Notes: a model not told the origin generated them from the sequence alone. A stretch of DNA of 64,000 bases from Desulfobacteraceae bacterium (GCA_022340425.1 JAJDNY010000021.1:2972-66971), one strand, 5' to 3'; positions 55,732-64,000 are shown, counted from the stretch's first letter. Numbers and translations are program-made.

Positions 55732-56802
55732 ATGCCTGAACAGGGGTTCCAGGAGCGCACCGAGCGGGCGACCCCGCGCAAACGCGAACAGGCCCGTGAA
55801 AAAGGCCAGGTGGCCCGCAGCGCCGACATCTCATCGGTCTGTGTGCTGCTGGCCGGGGTCTTGGCGCTCTATTTTTTCAGCCACCATCTCTACCGGGGGC
55901 TTGCCTCGGTCATCCGCAGCGGCCTGAGCTTTGACCGGATAACGGAATTCAGCAGCGCCGGATGCCTGCAGCTGTGCTCAACGGTTTTGCTGCGCTTTCT
56001 GATCATGTTGCTGCCGGTGATGGGCGCGGTCTTTCTGGCCGCCCTGGCCGCCAACCTGATCCAGGTCGGCTTCCACCTGTCCGGGCAGGCGCTGGCCCCC
56101 AGGCTCGACAAGCTGAGCGTCAGCAAGGGGTTTGGCCGCCTGTTTTCGCTGCGCTCGCTGGTGGAGCTGGTCAAGTCGCTTCTCAAGCTGGGGATCGTCG
56201 GCGGCGTCGCCTATCTGGCGGTCAAGGGTCAAAGCGCCGGCCTGCTGAGCCTCTACGACATGAGCCCCAACGCCATTACGGCCTTTATCCTGGGGGCGGC
56301 CCTCAAGCTTTTTCTCTGGGTGGGGCTGATCATGGCCCTGGTGGCGGCCCTGGACTACGGGTTCCAGCGCTGGAAGTTTGAGCAGGAACTCAAGATGACC
56401 AAGCAGGAGGTCAAGGAGGAGGCCAAACAGGCCGAAGGCGACCCCCAGATCAAGGCCCGCATCCGCAGCATTCAGCAGCAGGCGGCGCGCAAGCGCATGA
56501 TGCAGGCCCTTCCCCAGGCCGACGTGGTGGTTACCAACCCCACCCACCTGGCCGTGGCCATCAAATACGATCCCCTCAGCATGGGAGCCCCGCAGGTGGT
56601 GGCCAAAGGCGCCGGAGCGGTGGCGGCCCGCATCCGGCAGCTGGCCGCCGGCTACGGCATCCCGGTGGTGGAGAACAAGGGCTTGGCAAGAAATTTGTAT
56701 AAGACAGTGGAGCCCGGCCGCGAGATTCCCTCTGAGCTCTACCGGGCGGTGGCCGAACTGCTGGCCTACGTTTACAGGCTCAAGGGCAACGCACGCAGAT
56801 AA
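55732..56802 (+). CDS. flhB: Flagellar export switch protein FlhB
   Basis: QERTERATPRKREQAREKGQVARS N-terminus and the autocleavage motif NPTH (VVTNPTHLAVA). Confidence 0.95.
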   Translation: MPEQGFQERTERATPRKREQAREKGQVARSADISSVCVLLAGVLALYFFSHHLYRGLASVIRSGLSFDRITEFSSAGCLQLCSTVLLRFLIMLLPVMGAVFLAALAANLIQVGFHLSGQALAPRLDKLSVSKGFGRLFSLRSLVELVKSLLKLGIVGGVAYLAVKGQSAGLLSLYDMSPNAITAFILGAALKLFLWVGLIMALVAALDYGFQRWKFEQELKMTKQEVKEEAKQAEGDPQIKARIRSIQQQAARKRMMQALPQADVVVTNPTHLAVAIKYDPLSMGAPQVVAKGAGAVAARIRQLAAGYGIPVVENKGLARNLYKTVEPGREIPSELYRAVAELLAYVYRLKGNARR

Positions 56803-56929
56803 CCCCCGGGTTTTTCCGGGCGCCAGGCAGGGGCGAAGGCCGTCAAACCCCCGACAGGCCCCGCCGACAATTTGGCGCCGCCGCGATCCCGAAGGTCGAC
56901 CTCGGACAGGCTGAAAGGCATCCCCACCC

Positions 56930-59023
56930 ATGGAGATCAGCGCAGGAAACAAGTCGATGTCCGCCGGTCTGCCCAGGGAGGCCGGCGATATCGGCCTGGT
57001 CCTGGCCGTAATTGGCATCCTGCTGGCCATGATCCTGCCCATCCCCGCGATGCTCCTGGATTTCTGTCTGGCGTTGAACGTCACCGTCGCCGTCATCGTG
57101 TTGATCAACACCATGTACGTGACCTCGCCGATGGACTTCGCGATCTTTCCCACCCTGCTGCTGGTGCTGACCCTTTTCCGCCTGGCCCTCAACATCGCCT
57201 CCACCCGCCTGATCCTCCTGCACGGCAGCGAAGGACCGCTGGCGGCCGGCGCGGTCATCAAGTCCTTCGGGAGTTTTGTGGTCGGCGGGAACTACGTCAT
57301 CGGGATGATCATTTTCGTGATCCTGGTGCTGATCAACTTTATCGTCATCACCAAGGGCTCCGGGCGAATCGCCGAGGTGGCGGCACGTTTTACGCTGGAC
57401 GCCATGCCGGGCAAGCAGATGGCCATCGACGCCGACTTGAACGCCGGCATCATCGACGAAAACGAGGCCCGCGACCGGCGCAAGGCCATCGCCCGTGAGT
57501 CCGAGTTTCACGGCGCCATGGACGGGGCCAGCAAATTCGTCCGCGGCGACGCGATTGCCGGGATCATTATCACCCTGATCAATATTTTCGGCGGGTTCGT
57601 GATCGGCGTGGCCCAACAGGGCATGTCGATGATCAGCGCCGCCCAGAACTACACCCTTTTGACGGTTGGTGACGGTCTGGTGTCCCAGATCCCGGCCCTG
57701 ATCATCTCCACCGCCGCGGGCATCCTGGTCAGCCGGGCGGCCTCCGAAGCCCGTATGGGCCGGGAGTTCAGCCGGCACATCCTGGCTAACCCGACCCCGA
57801 TTTACATCGGCTCCGGGGTCACCTTCCTGCTGGGGCTGGTGCCGGGTTTGCCGGCGGGCCCGTTCATGTTTCTGGCCACTGTCCTGGGCGGCTCGGTTTA
57901 TCTCTTCGAGCGCAAGCGCAGCGCCGAAACGGACCTGGTGCCGACGAAAACCGAAGCCGCCCAGGCGGCCGAATCCCCGGGGCCCGAGGATGTGGAACAT
58001 CTTCTGGCGCTCGACGTGATGGAACTGGAGGTCGGTTACGGGCTGATTCCGCTGGTGGATAAAAACCAGGACGGCAGCCTGCTCAACCGCATCCGCGGCA
58101 TCCGGCGTCAGTTCGCCAGCGAAATGGGCATGGTGATTCCCCCGATCCACATCCGTGACAACCTCAAGCTCAAGCCCCCCGAGTACCGGGTTCTGGTCAA
58201 GGGGGTCGAGCTGGCCCGGGGTGAGGTGATGGTCAACCACTTGCTGGCCATGGATCCCGGTGATGTGACCCAGAAGGTCAGCGGTATTCCGACCACCGAG
58301 CCGGCCTTCAACCTGCCGGCCCTTTGGATTCCCGGCGAAAAGGAGGAGGACGCCAGGTTCGCGGGCTACACCGTGGTGGACAACGCCACCGTCGTGGCCA
58401 CCCATCTGACCGAGGTGCTGCGCAGCAGCGCCCCGGATCTGCTGGGGCGCCAGGAAGTCCAGCACCTGCTCGACACCCTTGCCAAAACCAGCCCCAAGGC
58501 CGTCGAGGAGCTTGTGCCCGCCCTGCTGCCGTTGGGCATCGTCCAGAAGGTGCTGCAGAACCTGCTGCGCGAGCAGGTTTCCATCCGCGATCTGCTCACC
58601 GTGGTGGAGACCCTGGCCGATTATGCGCCCCTCAGCCGGGACCCGGACCTGCTCACCGAATACGTGCGGCAAAAGCTGGCGCGCACCATCGTCGGGCCCT
58701 ACGTTCAATCCGACGGGATGCTGCCGGTGATCACCGTCGATGCCAAGGTCGAAGACCTGCTGACCAAGGGGATCCAGCATACCGAGCACGGCGCTTACCT
58801 TTCGCTGGAACCGGGGATCTTGGATTCTGTAACTCAGGCGGCCAGGAAGGCCATCGGCGCCGTCGGCGAGATGGGGCTCCAGGCCATGATCGTCTGCTCA
58901 CCGATGCTGCGGCGGCATCTCAAACGGTTGCTGGCCCAGGCTTCGGTGAACGCGATGGTCATCTCACAGGCCGAAATCATCCCCAACATTCGAATTCAGT
59001 CCCTGGGACGGATAAAGCTCTAA
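56930..59023 (+). CDS. flhA: Flagellar export gate protein FlhA
   Basis: 697 aa with the FHIPEP motif region (RIAEVAARFTLDAMPGKQMAIDADLNAG...GAMDGASKFVRGDAIAG) and a cytoplasmic C-domain. Confidence 0.96.
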   Translation: MEISAGNKSMSAGLPREAGDIGLVLAVIGILLAMILPIPAMLLDFCLALNVTVAVIVLINTMYVTSPMDFAIFPTLLLVLTLFRLALNIASTRLILLHGSEGPLAAGAVIKSFGSFVVGGNYVIGMIIFVILVLINFIVITKGSGRIAEVAARFTLDAMPGKQMAIDADLNAGIIDENEARDRRKAIARESEFHGAMDGASKFVRGDAIAGIIITLINIFGGFVIGVAQQGMSMISAAQNYTLLTVGDGLVSQIPALIISTAAGILVSRAASEARMGREFSRHILANPTPIYIGSGVTFLLGLVPGLPAGPFMFLATVLGGSVYLFERKRSAETDLVPTKTEAAQAAESPGPEDVEHLLALDVMELEVGYGLIPLVDKNQDGSLLNRIRGIRRQFASEMGMVIPPIHIRDNLKLKPPEYRVLVKGVELARGEVMVNHLLAMDPGDVTQKVSGIPTTEPAFNLPALWIPGEKEEDARFAGYTVVDNATVVATHLTEVLRSSAPDLLGRQEVQHLLDTLAKTSPKAVEELVPALLPLGIVQKVLQNLLREQVSIRDLLTVVETLADYAPLSRDPDLLTEYVRQKLARTIVGPYVQSDGMLPVITVDAKVEDLLTKGIQHTEHGAYLSLEPGILDSVTQAARKAIGAVGEMGLQAMIVCSPMLRRHLKRLLAQASVNAMVISQAEIIPNIRIQSLGRIKL

Positions 59024-59027
59024 CGCC

Positions 59028-60200
59028 ATGGGTGTCCGCAACTACAAGGCCAGAAGCATCGCCGAGGCCCTTCGCCGGGTCAAGGCGGATCTGGGCTCAG
59101 ACGCCATGATTCTCTCCACCCGCCAGCTCCCTGCAGGGTTCAAGAACCCTTACGGCGGCGCCATGTTTGAGGTCTCCGCAATTTGCGCCCAGGAAGCGCC
59201 GGAAGCCGCCGGACACGGCCGGGCCGACGCTTTTATGTCGGGGGCGGTCGGCCCGCAGCCGGACAGCGCGGCGCCCGAAGCCTGCGGGATGGGCTGGCAG
59301 GCGCTGCAGAGCGAACTTGTCGGAATCCGCGAAATGCTGGGTCTGCTCAATATGGGCGGCGGGCTGCCCGACATGATTCTGGAGCACCCCCAATGGCTCG
59401 GTCTTTACGCGCGGCTGGTGCGTGCCGGGGTTTCGGCCCAACGGGTGCAAGGGGCGCTGCGGCATCTTTGCCAAGCGGGCTCCCCGTCCGACCCCGCGGG
59501 CGCCGCCCAGCGCGTCATGGCCGAAATTCTCAAGTCGGTTCTGACCTGCGAGCCCTTTGCGGCCGCCGCCGGCGCCCCGCAGTTTGCCGCTTTCGTGGGG
59601 CCCACCGGTGTCGGCAAGACCACCACGATCGCCAAGCTGGCGGCCGAACTCAGCCTCAAAGCCAAAAAGCGGGTGGGACTGATCTCGATCGACAGTTTCC
59701 GGATCGGCGCCGTTGAGCAGCTCCGGACGTATGCCGCCATCATGGGGCTGCCCTGCCTGCCCGCCTTCTCGCACCAGGACCTCAGGTTGGCGGTGGAAAA
59801 AATGGCCCGGCAGGACGTTGTCTTGATCGACACCGCCGGCCACAGCCATCTCGACGGCCAGCGGATGCAGCAGCTGCAGACGCTGCTGGGAGGGCAGGGG
59901 CCGATCGCCAGCCACCTGGTTCTCAGCGCAGCCACCAACCGCCTGGACCTTCAGGAGGCCGCGGCGCGCTTCGCCGTATTCAGACCTTGTTCGTACGTTT
60001 TTACCAAGCTGGACGAAACCCGGCAGCGCGGGGTGATCATCGATCAGGCCGAAACCCTGCGGCTTCCGATTTCTTACATTACCACCGGGCAGCGGGTGCC
60101 GGAGGACATCCTTCCGGCCACCCGGCAGACGATTCTGGACCGCATTTTCGACGCCCCCGGCCCCGTGCCGGAAGTACCGACCCTGAAAGGGAGACCCTGA
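59028..60200 (+). CDS. flhF: Flagellar placement SRP-type GTPase FlhF
   Basis: G1 FVGPTGVGKTTTIAKL, DTAG, and TKLDE motifs. Confidence 0.92.
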   Translation: MGVRNYKARSIAEALRRVKADLGSDAMILSTRQLPAGFKNPYGGAMFEVSAICAQEAPEAAGHGRADAFMSGAVGPQPDSAAPEACGMGWQALQSELVGIREMLGLLNMGGGLPDMILEHPQWLGLYARLVRAGVSAQRVQGALRHLCQAGSPSDPAGAAQRVMAEILKSVLTCEPFAAAAGAPQFAAFVGPTGVGKTTTIAKLAAELSLKAKKRVGLISIDSFRIGAVEQLRTYAAIMGLPCLPAFSHQDLRLAVEKMARQDVVLIDTAGHSHLDGQRMQQLQTLLGGQGPIASHLVLSAATNRLDLQEAAARFAVFRPCSYVFTKLDETRQRGVIIDQAETLRLPISYITTGQRVPEDILPATRQTILDRIFDAPGPVPEVPTLKGRP

Positions 60201-60201
60201 C

Positions 60202-61113
60202 GTGGATCAAGCCAGCAGCCTCCGAAAAATCATTTCCACCCATGCCCGCCAGAGGCCGCAGCGCTTGAGCACCCCGGCAGCCGGCGATACAGCGGCTGCG
60301 GTCCCCGCCCCGCGGGCCATCGCCGTAACCAGCGGCAAGGGCGGTGTGGGCAAGACCAATATCGTCGGCAACCTGGCCCTGGTGCTGGCCGACCGCGGCC
60401 ACAAGGTGCTCATCCTGGATGCCGATCTCGGGCTGGCCAATATCGACATCATTTTCGGCGTTCACCCGAAATTCAATATCGGACACGTGCTCGACGGCGA
60501 AAAAACCCTCTCGGAGATCATCGTCGAGGGCCCGGCCGGGATCCAGATCGTCCCGGCCGGCTCCGGCTTCACCCACCTGACCCATCTGACCGAGGGGCAG
60601 AAGCTCAACCTGCTGGGGGAGTTCGAGGCCTTCGGCAACGAGCTGGACGTGATGCTGATCGACACCGGGGCCGGGATATCGTCCAATGTCCTCTATTTCA
60701 ATCTGGCGGCCGACGACTGCATCATCGTGGCGACCCCCGAGCCCACCGCCATCACCGACGCCTATGCCATGATGAAGGTCATGTCTCTGCAGCACGGGAC
60801 CCGTCATTTCCAACTGCTGGTCAACATGGCCACCAGCGAGCTGGAGGCCAAAGCGGTCTACGCCAGCCTGGTGCAGGCCGCCGAGCGCTTCCTCAACGGG
60901 GTTGTGATTCAATACCTGGGCATGGTTCCCAGCGATCATAGCGTCACCCGCGCGGTGCGCGACCGGCGCATCGCCGTCGAGGCATACCCCGAAGCCGCCT
61001 GGAGCCGCGGCATCAACGCCCTGGCCGATCAGCTCATGGACGCGCCGCGGTGCCAGAATACCGACGGCAATATCAAGTTTTTTTTCAAACGTTTCATCGA
61101 ATTCCGTGTCTGA
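60202..61113 (+). CDS. flhG: MinD/ParA-type ATPase FlhG (FleN/YlxH)
   Basis: Deviant Walker A SGKGGVGKT and a C-terminal amphipathic membrane-targeting helix (IKFFFKRFIEF). GTG start 1 nt after the flhF stop. Confidence 0.9.
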   Translation: MDQASSLRKIISTHARQRPQRLSTPAAGDTAAAVPAPRAIAVTSGKGGVGKTNIVGNLALVLADRGHKVLILDADLGLANIDIIFGVHPKFNIGHVLDGEKTLSEIIVEGPAGIQIVPAGSGFTHLTHLTEGQKLNLLGEFEAFGNELDVMLIDTGAGISSNVLYFNLAADDCIIVATPEPTAITDAYAMMKVMSLQHGTRHFQLLVNMATSELEAKAVYASLVQAAERFLNGVVIQYLGMVPSDHSVTRAVRDRRIAVEAYPEAAWSRGINALADQLMDAPRCQNTDGNIKFFFKRFIEFRV

Positions 61114-61204
61114 CCGGGCGTGCGGAAAGGGCCAGCGCCGGGTCGATGCGCTTTGATGGATCGCGAACATATTCGATGGAAACCCCAACTGGGCAAACGG
61201 TGCG

Positions 61205-61975
61205 ATGATGACGACAAAATTTGCGTATGCTAGCGGTGGGAACGACCAGTGTTATTTCGATGAAAAAGAACGCGAGGCCTTGATCGTCAGGTATGCCCCG
61301 CTGGTCAAGCGGATCGCTGGCCGAATGGCCATGCGGATTCCCTCCAGCGTTCTTTTCGACGAACTGCTCAGTGCCGGCTGTCTCGGTCTGATCAACGCGG
61401 TGGACCGCTTTGACCCCGAAAGGGATGTCAACCTCAAGACCTACGCCGAGTATCGGATCAAGGGGGCGATCCTGGACGAACTTCGCCGGATGGACTGGTA
61501 TTCGCGGTCCATGCGGAAAAAAATGCAGCGGATCGAAAAGGCTCTGGTGGCGGTGGAGGGCCGCACCCAGCGGCCGGCCGAAGCCCAGGAGATCGCCGCG
61601 GAGTTGGGCATCGCGCTGGAAGATTACTTCAATACTCTCTCGGACATCCATCGGGTATCACTGCTGAGCCTGGATGAGTTCATCAAGGATGAGGCCAATG
61701 ACGCGGTCTCCAAAAAATCCTTTCAGGAGAGCATCCGCAGCGCAGACGACCCTTCCGAAAACGTGGCCAAGGAGGAACTCAAGCGCGTGATTGCCCAGGC
61801 CATCAAAACGCTTTCGGAAAAAGAGCAGATCGTGGTCTCGCTATACTACTACGACGAGTTGACCCTTAAGGAGATCGGACACGTGTTGAGTCTCACGGAG
61901 TCGCGCATCTGCCAGATCCACGCCATGGCGGTGATCAAATTGAAGATCCGCCTCAAGAAATACTGTGCGATCTAA
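61205..61975 (+). CDS. fliA: Flagellar sigma factor FliA (sigma28)
   Basis: Sigma70 region 2 (FDELLSAGCLGLINAVDRFDPERDVNLKTYAEYRIKGAILDELR) and region 4 HTH (LTLKEIGHVLSLTESRICQIH). Position after flhG. Confidence 0.92.
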   Translation: MMTTKFAYASGGNDQCYFDEKEREALIVRYAPLVKRIAGRMAMRIPSSVLFDELLSAGCLGLINAVDRFDPERDVNLKTYAEYRIKGAILDELRRMDWYSRSMRKKMQRIEKALVAVEGRTQRPAEAQEIAAELGIALEDYFNTLSDIHRVSLLSLDEFIKDEANDAVSKKSFQESIRSADDPSENVAKEELKRVIAQAIKTLSEKEQIVVSLYYYDELTLKEIGHVLSLTESRICQIHAMAVIKLKIRLKKYCAI

Positions 61976-62047
61976 TGGCACCGTACATCGTGGGCGGCAT
62001 GGGTCGGGTTTCCAGGAAATTTTTTGTGATGCCGGCAAACCGCAGCC

Positions 62048-63427
62048 ATGAACGCTAAGTCCTCACCCCCCACCATCCCGCAGTACGTTTCCCAGGCGGA
62101 CATCGATGCCCTGCTGCAGGGCGCCGGGACGCAGGAGGCCCCGCCGGAGGGCCCCGAAGAGCCGCAGTCGGCGACGGCCGACGCCGACGAGGTGATGATC
62201 TCTCAAACGGACATCGATGCGCTGCTGCAGGGCGCCGGGACCCAGGAGGCCCCGCCGGAGGGCCTGGAAGAGTCGCAGCCGGCGACGGTCGAGGCGGACG
62301 AGGTGATGATCTCCCAGGCGGACATCGATGCGCTGCTGCAAGGCGCCGGGGCGCAGGAGGCCCCGCCGGAGGGCCTGGAAGAGCCGCAGCCGGCGTCGGC
62401 CGAGGCGGACGAGGTGATGATCTCCCAGGCGGACATCGATGCGCTGCTGCAGGGCGCCGGGACGCAGGAGGCCCCGCCGGAGGGCCTGGAAGAGCCGCAG
62501 CCGGCGACGGTCGAGGCGGACGAGGTGATGATCTCCCAGGCGGACATCGATGCCCTGCTGCAAGCGGCATCGGCGCCTGTCGGCCCCAGCGATCCCTCCC
62601 CCGGGGTGGATCCCCGGTCGTCCAACGCCGGTGGGGATGGCGGGGAGGAAATTTTCATCTCCCAGGCGGATATTGACGCCCTGATGGCTTCCGAGGACTT
62701 GGTGGCAAGCGAAGCGATCGACCTTGCTTCCCCGGGGGTGAGTGCCGCCCCGGACCCCCAGGCGCCTGCCGCGGACCGCGCGCAGCAAGAGCCGCACCCA
62801 AAGGACGAACAGGAAGCGGGCGGACTTCCGGTGCCGTCTGTCGGCCGTGACGGCACCGGGCCTCAAAAGGTCATTTTGGCGCCGTCCGACGGGGAGCAGT
62901 CACCCGCCGTCAAGGCTCCTGAAGACCAACAGCGGGCCGCGAAGCGCTGGTTTTCATCAAAGACCCTGTGGACCGTGGCGGCAGTTTTGCTGATCCTGAT
63001 CTCCACGGTGACCTCGTTTAGCATCTACGGTCGCCGAACATCCGCGCGGGGCGCCGGCGCCGGGCCCCAGACCTTTCCCATACCGCAGAGTACTGCCGGC
63101 GCCCAGGCGCCCGACCCAACAGGCCCGGTCCAGATGGTCCTGGCGGGCTTCGTCGTGCCGGCTTCATTTGATAAAGAAGGGGCGGCCGGTCTGCTGGTGG
63201 ATGTCCAATTGGCTTTTTCCGATGCCGCCGCAGGATCTGAGGTCAAGCGGCACGAACCCTATTTCCGCAGCCTCGTATTCGGTGTTTTGTCCGATGTCCT
63301 GGCCGATCGCAGCCGCCCGGAGGTCGACGAACCGGCGCTCACCGCTGGGATCAAAGACGCGCTCAACCGCGCATTGCCGCGGGCCAGCATCCGCACGGTA
63401 GCCCTGGAGAACCTGCGTCTGCTTTAA
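62048..63427 (+). CDS. Repeat-containing single-pass membrane protein: 6x 'SQxDIDALL' motifs + TM + FliL-like C-terminal domain
   Basis: High GC3 in this frame. Five tandem motif copies (residues 15-175) plus a sixth (ISQADIDALMASEDL). TM WTVAAVLLILISTVTSFSIYG. The C-terminal ~100 aa parallel the in-window FliL pattern (LAGFVVPA.., LLVDVQLAF, EPYFRSLVFGVL, IKDALNRAL..IRTVALENLRLL). Confidence 0.8.
   Translation: MNAKSSPPTIPQYVSQADIDALLQGAGTQEAPPEGPEEPQSATADADEVMISQTDIDALLQGAGTQEAPPEGLEESQPATVEADEVMISQADIDALLQGAGAQEAPPEGLEEPQPASAEADEVMISQADIDALLQGAGTQEAPPEGLEEPQPATVEADEVMISQADIDALLQAASAPVGPSDPSPGVDPRSSNAGGDGGEEIFISQADIDALMASEDLVASEAIDLASPGVSAAPDPQAPAADRAQQEPHPKDEQEAGGLPVPSVGRDGTGPQKVILAPSDGEQSPAVKAPEDQQRAAKRWFSSKTLWTVAAVLLILISTVTSFSIYGRRTSARGAGAGPQTFPIPQSTAGAQAPDPTGPVQMVLAGFVVPASFDKEGAAGLLVDVQLAFSDAAAGSEVKRHEPYFRSLVFGVLSDVLADRSRPEVDEPALTAGIKDALNRALPRASIRTVALENLRLL
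62090..62570 (+). repeat. Tandem direct repeat, 111-bp unit x ~4.3 (in frame, 37 codons)
   Basis: Units start at 62090, 62201, 62312, 62423 and 62534 (partial). Manual alignment shows only ~4-7 mismatches per 111 bp between units. Confidence 0.9.
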
Positions 63428-63451
63428 AGGGCCGTTCGCAGCGGCCGATAA
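63425..63451 (+). promoter_or_regulatory. Sigma28 (FliA) promoter TAAA-N15-GCCGATAA
   Basis: TAAA at 63425-28 (overlapping the TAA stop of the repeat gene), exactly 15 nt, then GCCGATAA at 63444-51. This is a perfect match to the enterobacterial class III consensus. Confidence 0.75.
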
Positions 63452-63557
63452 ACCGCACCACGGTCCCTGCCGGGGGCCCATCGGAGCACCGGCCGCATCT
63501 TCGGGTGCCCCCGTTGCAAGTCCGGCAGGGGCGTGGCGCAGCCCGTGAGCCAAGCCG

Positions 63558-63851
63558 ATGACGACGATTGCCAACATAAACCAGGTGGTGCAGCAGGCCG
63601 ACAGCGCCCGGGAGATGCAACCGCCGCGGGGCGCCCTGGAAGCGGGGCAGTCGCCGGCGGCGACCCCCCAGGAAAAGCTGGCCGCCCAGGGGGCCAAGGT
63701 CCGAAGCGGCGGCAAGAGCGAAAAAACCGGCGCCGACCGGGACCGCCGCCGGCACCAGAAAAAGCGCGCCGGCAAACCCGGGACCGTCGGGGGCGGGCAG
63801 ACGGCGGCGCCCACCCGGGGCACCGGCACCCTGCTGGATATTGTGGCCTGA
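63558..63851 (+). CDS. Small basic, low-complexity hypothetical protein (97 aa), probable late flagellar-regulon gene
   Basis: High GC3 and ~105 nt downstream of the sigma28 promoter. No clear Shine-Dalgarno. The C-terminus GTLLDIVA is reminiscent of YjfB-like putative motility proteins (from memory, unverified). Confidence 0.45.
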   Translation: MTTIANINQVVQQADSAREMQPPRGALEAGQSPAATPQEKLAAQGAKVRSGGKSEKTGADRDRRRHQKKRAGKPGTVGGGQTAAPTRGTGTLLDIVA

Positions 63852-64000
63852 GACGGCGGGGCGGGTTTTGGTGCCCCCAGCCGCGCGTGGGCGTGCGGCA
63901 AACCCAGGCCTGAATACCAATCAGAAGACTTGACAGGTGACCGGGCGATAGATCACGCGGCCCGGCGTCTGCCGCCAGGGGTGGGCAAGACCCATCGCCG

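Noticed and set aside
61976-61991. TGGCAC-cgtac-ATCG just after the fliA stop, considered as a possible sigma54 promoter for the repeat gene.
   Set aside because: The -12 element is off (CG where GC is required, and no TTGC). It is kept only as a weak possibility. The repeat gene may be read through from fliA.
62055-62866. Three overlapping minus-strand ORFs with strikingly periodic Pro/Arg/Ala-rich translations inside the repeat region.
   Set aside because: The periodicity simply mirrors the 111-bp repeat read antisense. The plus frame has high GC3, a TM helix and a FliL-like C-terminus, so the sense gene explains the region.

Overview
High-GC bacterial chromosomal window; gene content and sigma54-heavy regulation suggest a Desulfobacterota/deltaproteobacterium-like anaerobe, but that is inference only. 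All calls come from motif recognition in the supplied translations and manual reading of intergenic DNA; no database search was run. Positions 1-29300 are mostly housekeeping or accessory genes: csp, two CoA-disulfide-reductase-family flavoproteins, hrpA, a GT2 glycosyltransferase, a TAXI-TRAP transporter, usp, a HAMP-SpoIIE phosphatase, sufCB, a beta-CASP MBL nuclease, an ABC-F ATPase, tatD-like, pepA, htpX and an HMG-CoA lyase-like gene. Positions 29500-37650 form a signalling block: REC-GAF-HD-GYP, PilZ, and two sigma54 enhancer-binding proteins (EBPs) flanking a large AMIN/TPR protein. Positions 37777-61975 hold one contiguous flagellar cluster in Bacillus/spirochaete-like order: flgBC-fliEFGHIJ-ylxF-like, fliK-flgDE, motA-motB'-motB-fliLMNOPQR-flhBAFG-fliA. 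By eye I found four GGCAY-N5-TTGCT sigma54 promoters heading these units and one perfect sigma28 promoter at the far end. The most unusual object is the gene right after fliA (62048-63427). It encodes a single-pass membrane protein with a FliL-like C-terminus and six cytoplasmic copies of the FliM-type 'SQxDIDALL' CheY-P docking-like motif, carried on a near-identical 111-bp tandem DNA repeat. Other points worth a second look are an Asp-less MotB paralog between motA and motB, two EBPs with atypical receiver domains, a split PilZ, a DHp-only PAS protein, and a consensus sigma70 promoter feeding a ~155-nt structured leader. I saw no tRNA, rRNA, CRISPR array or mobile element.
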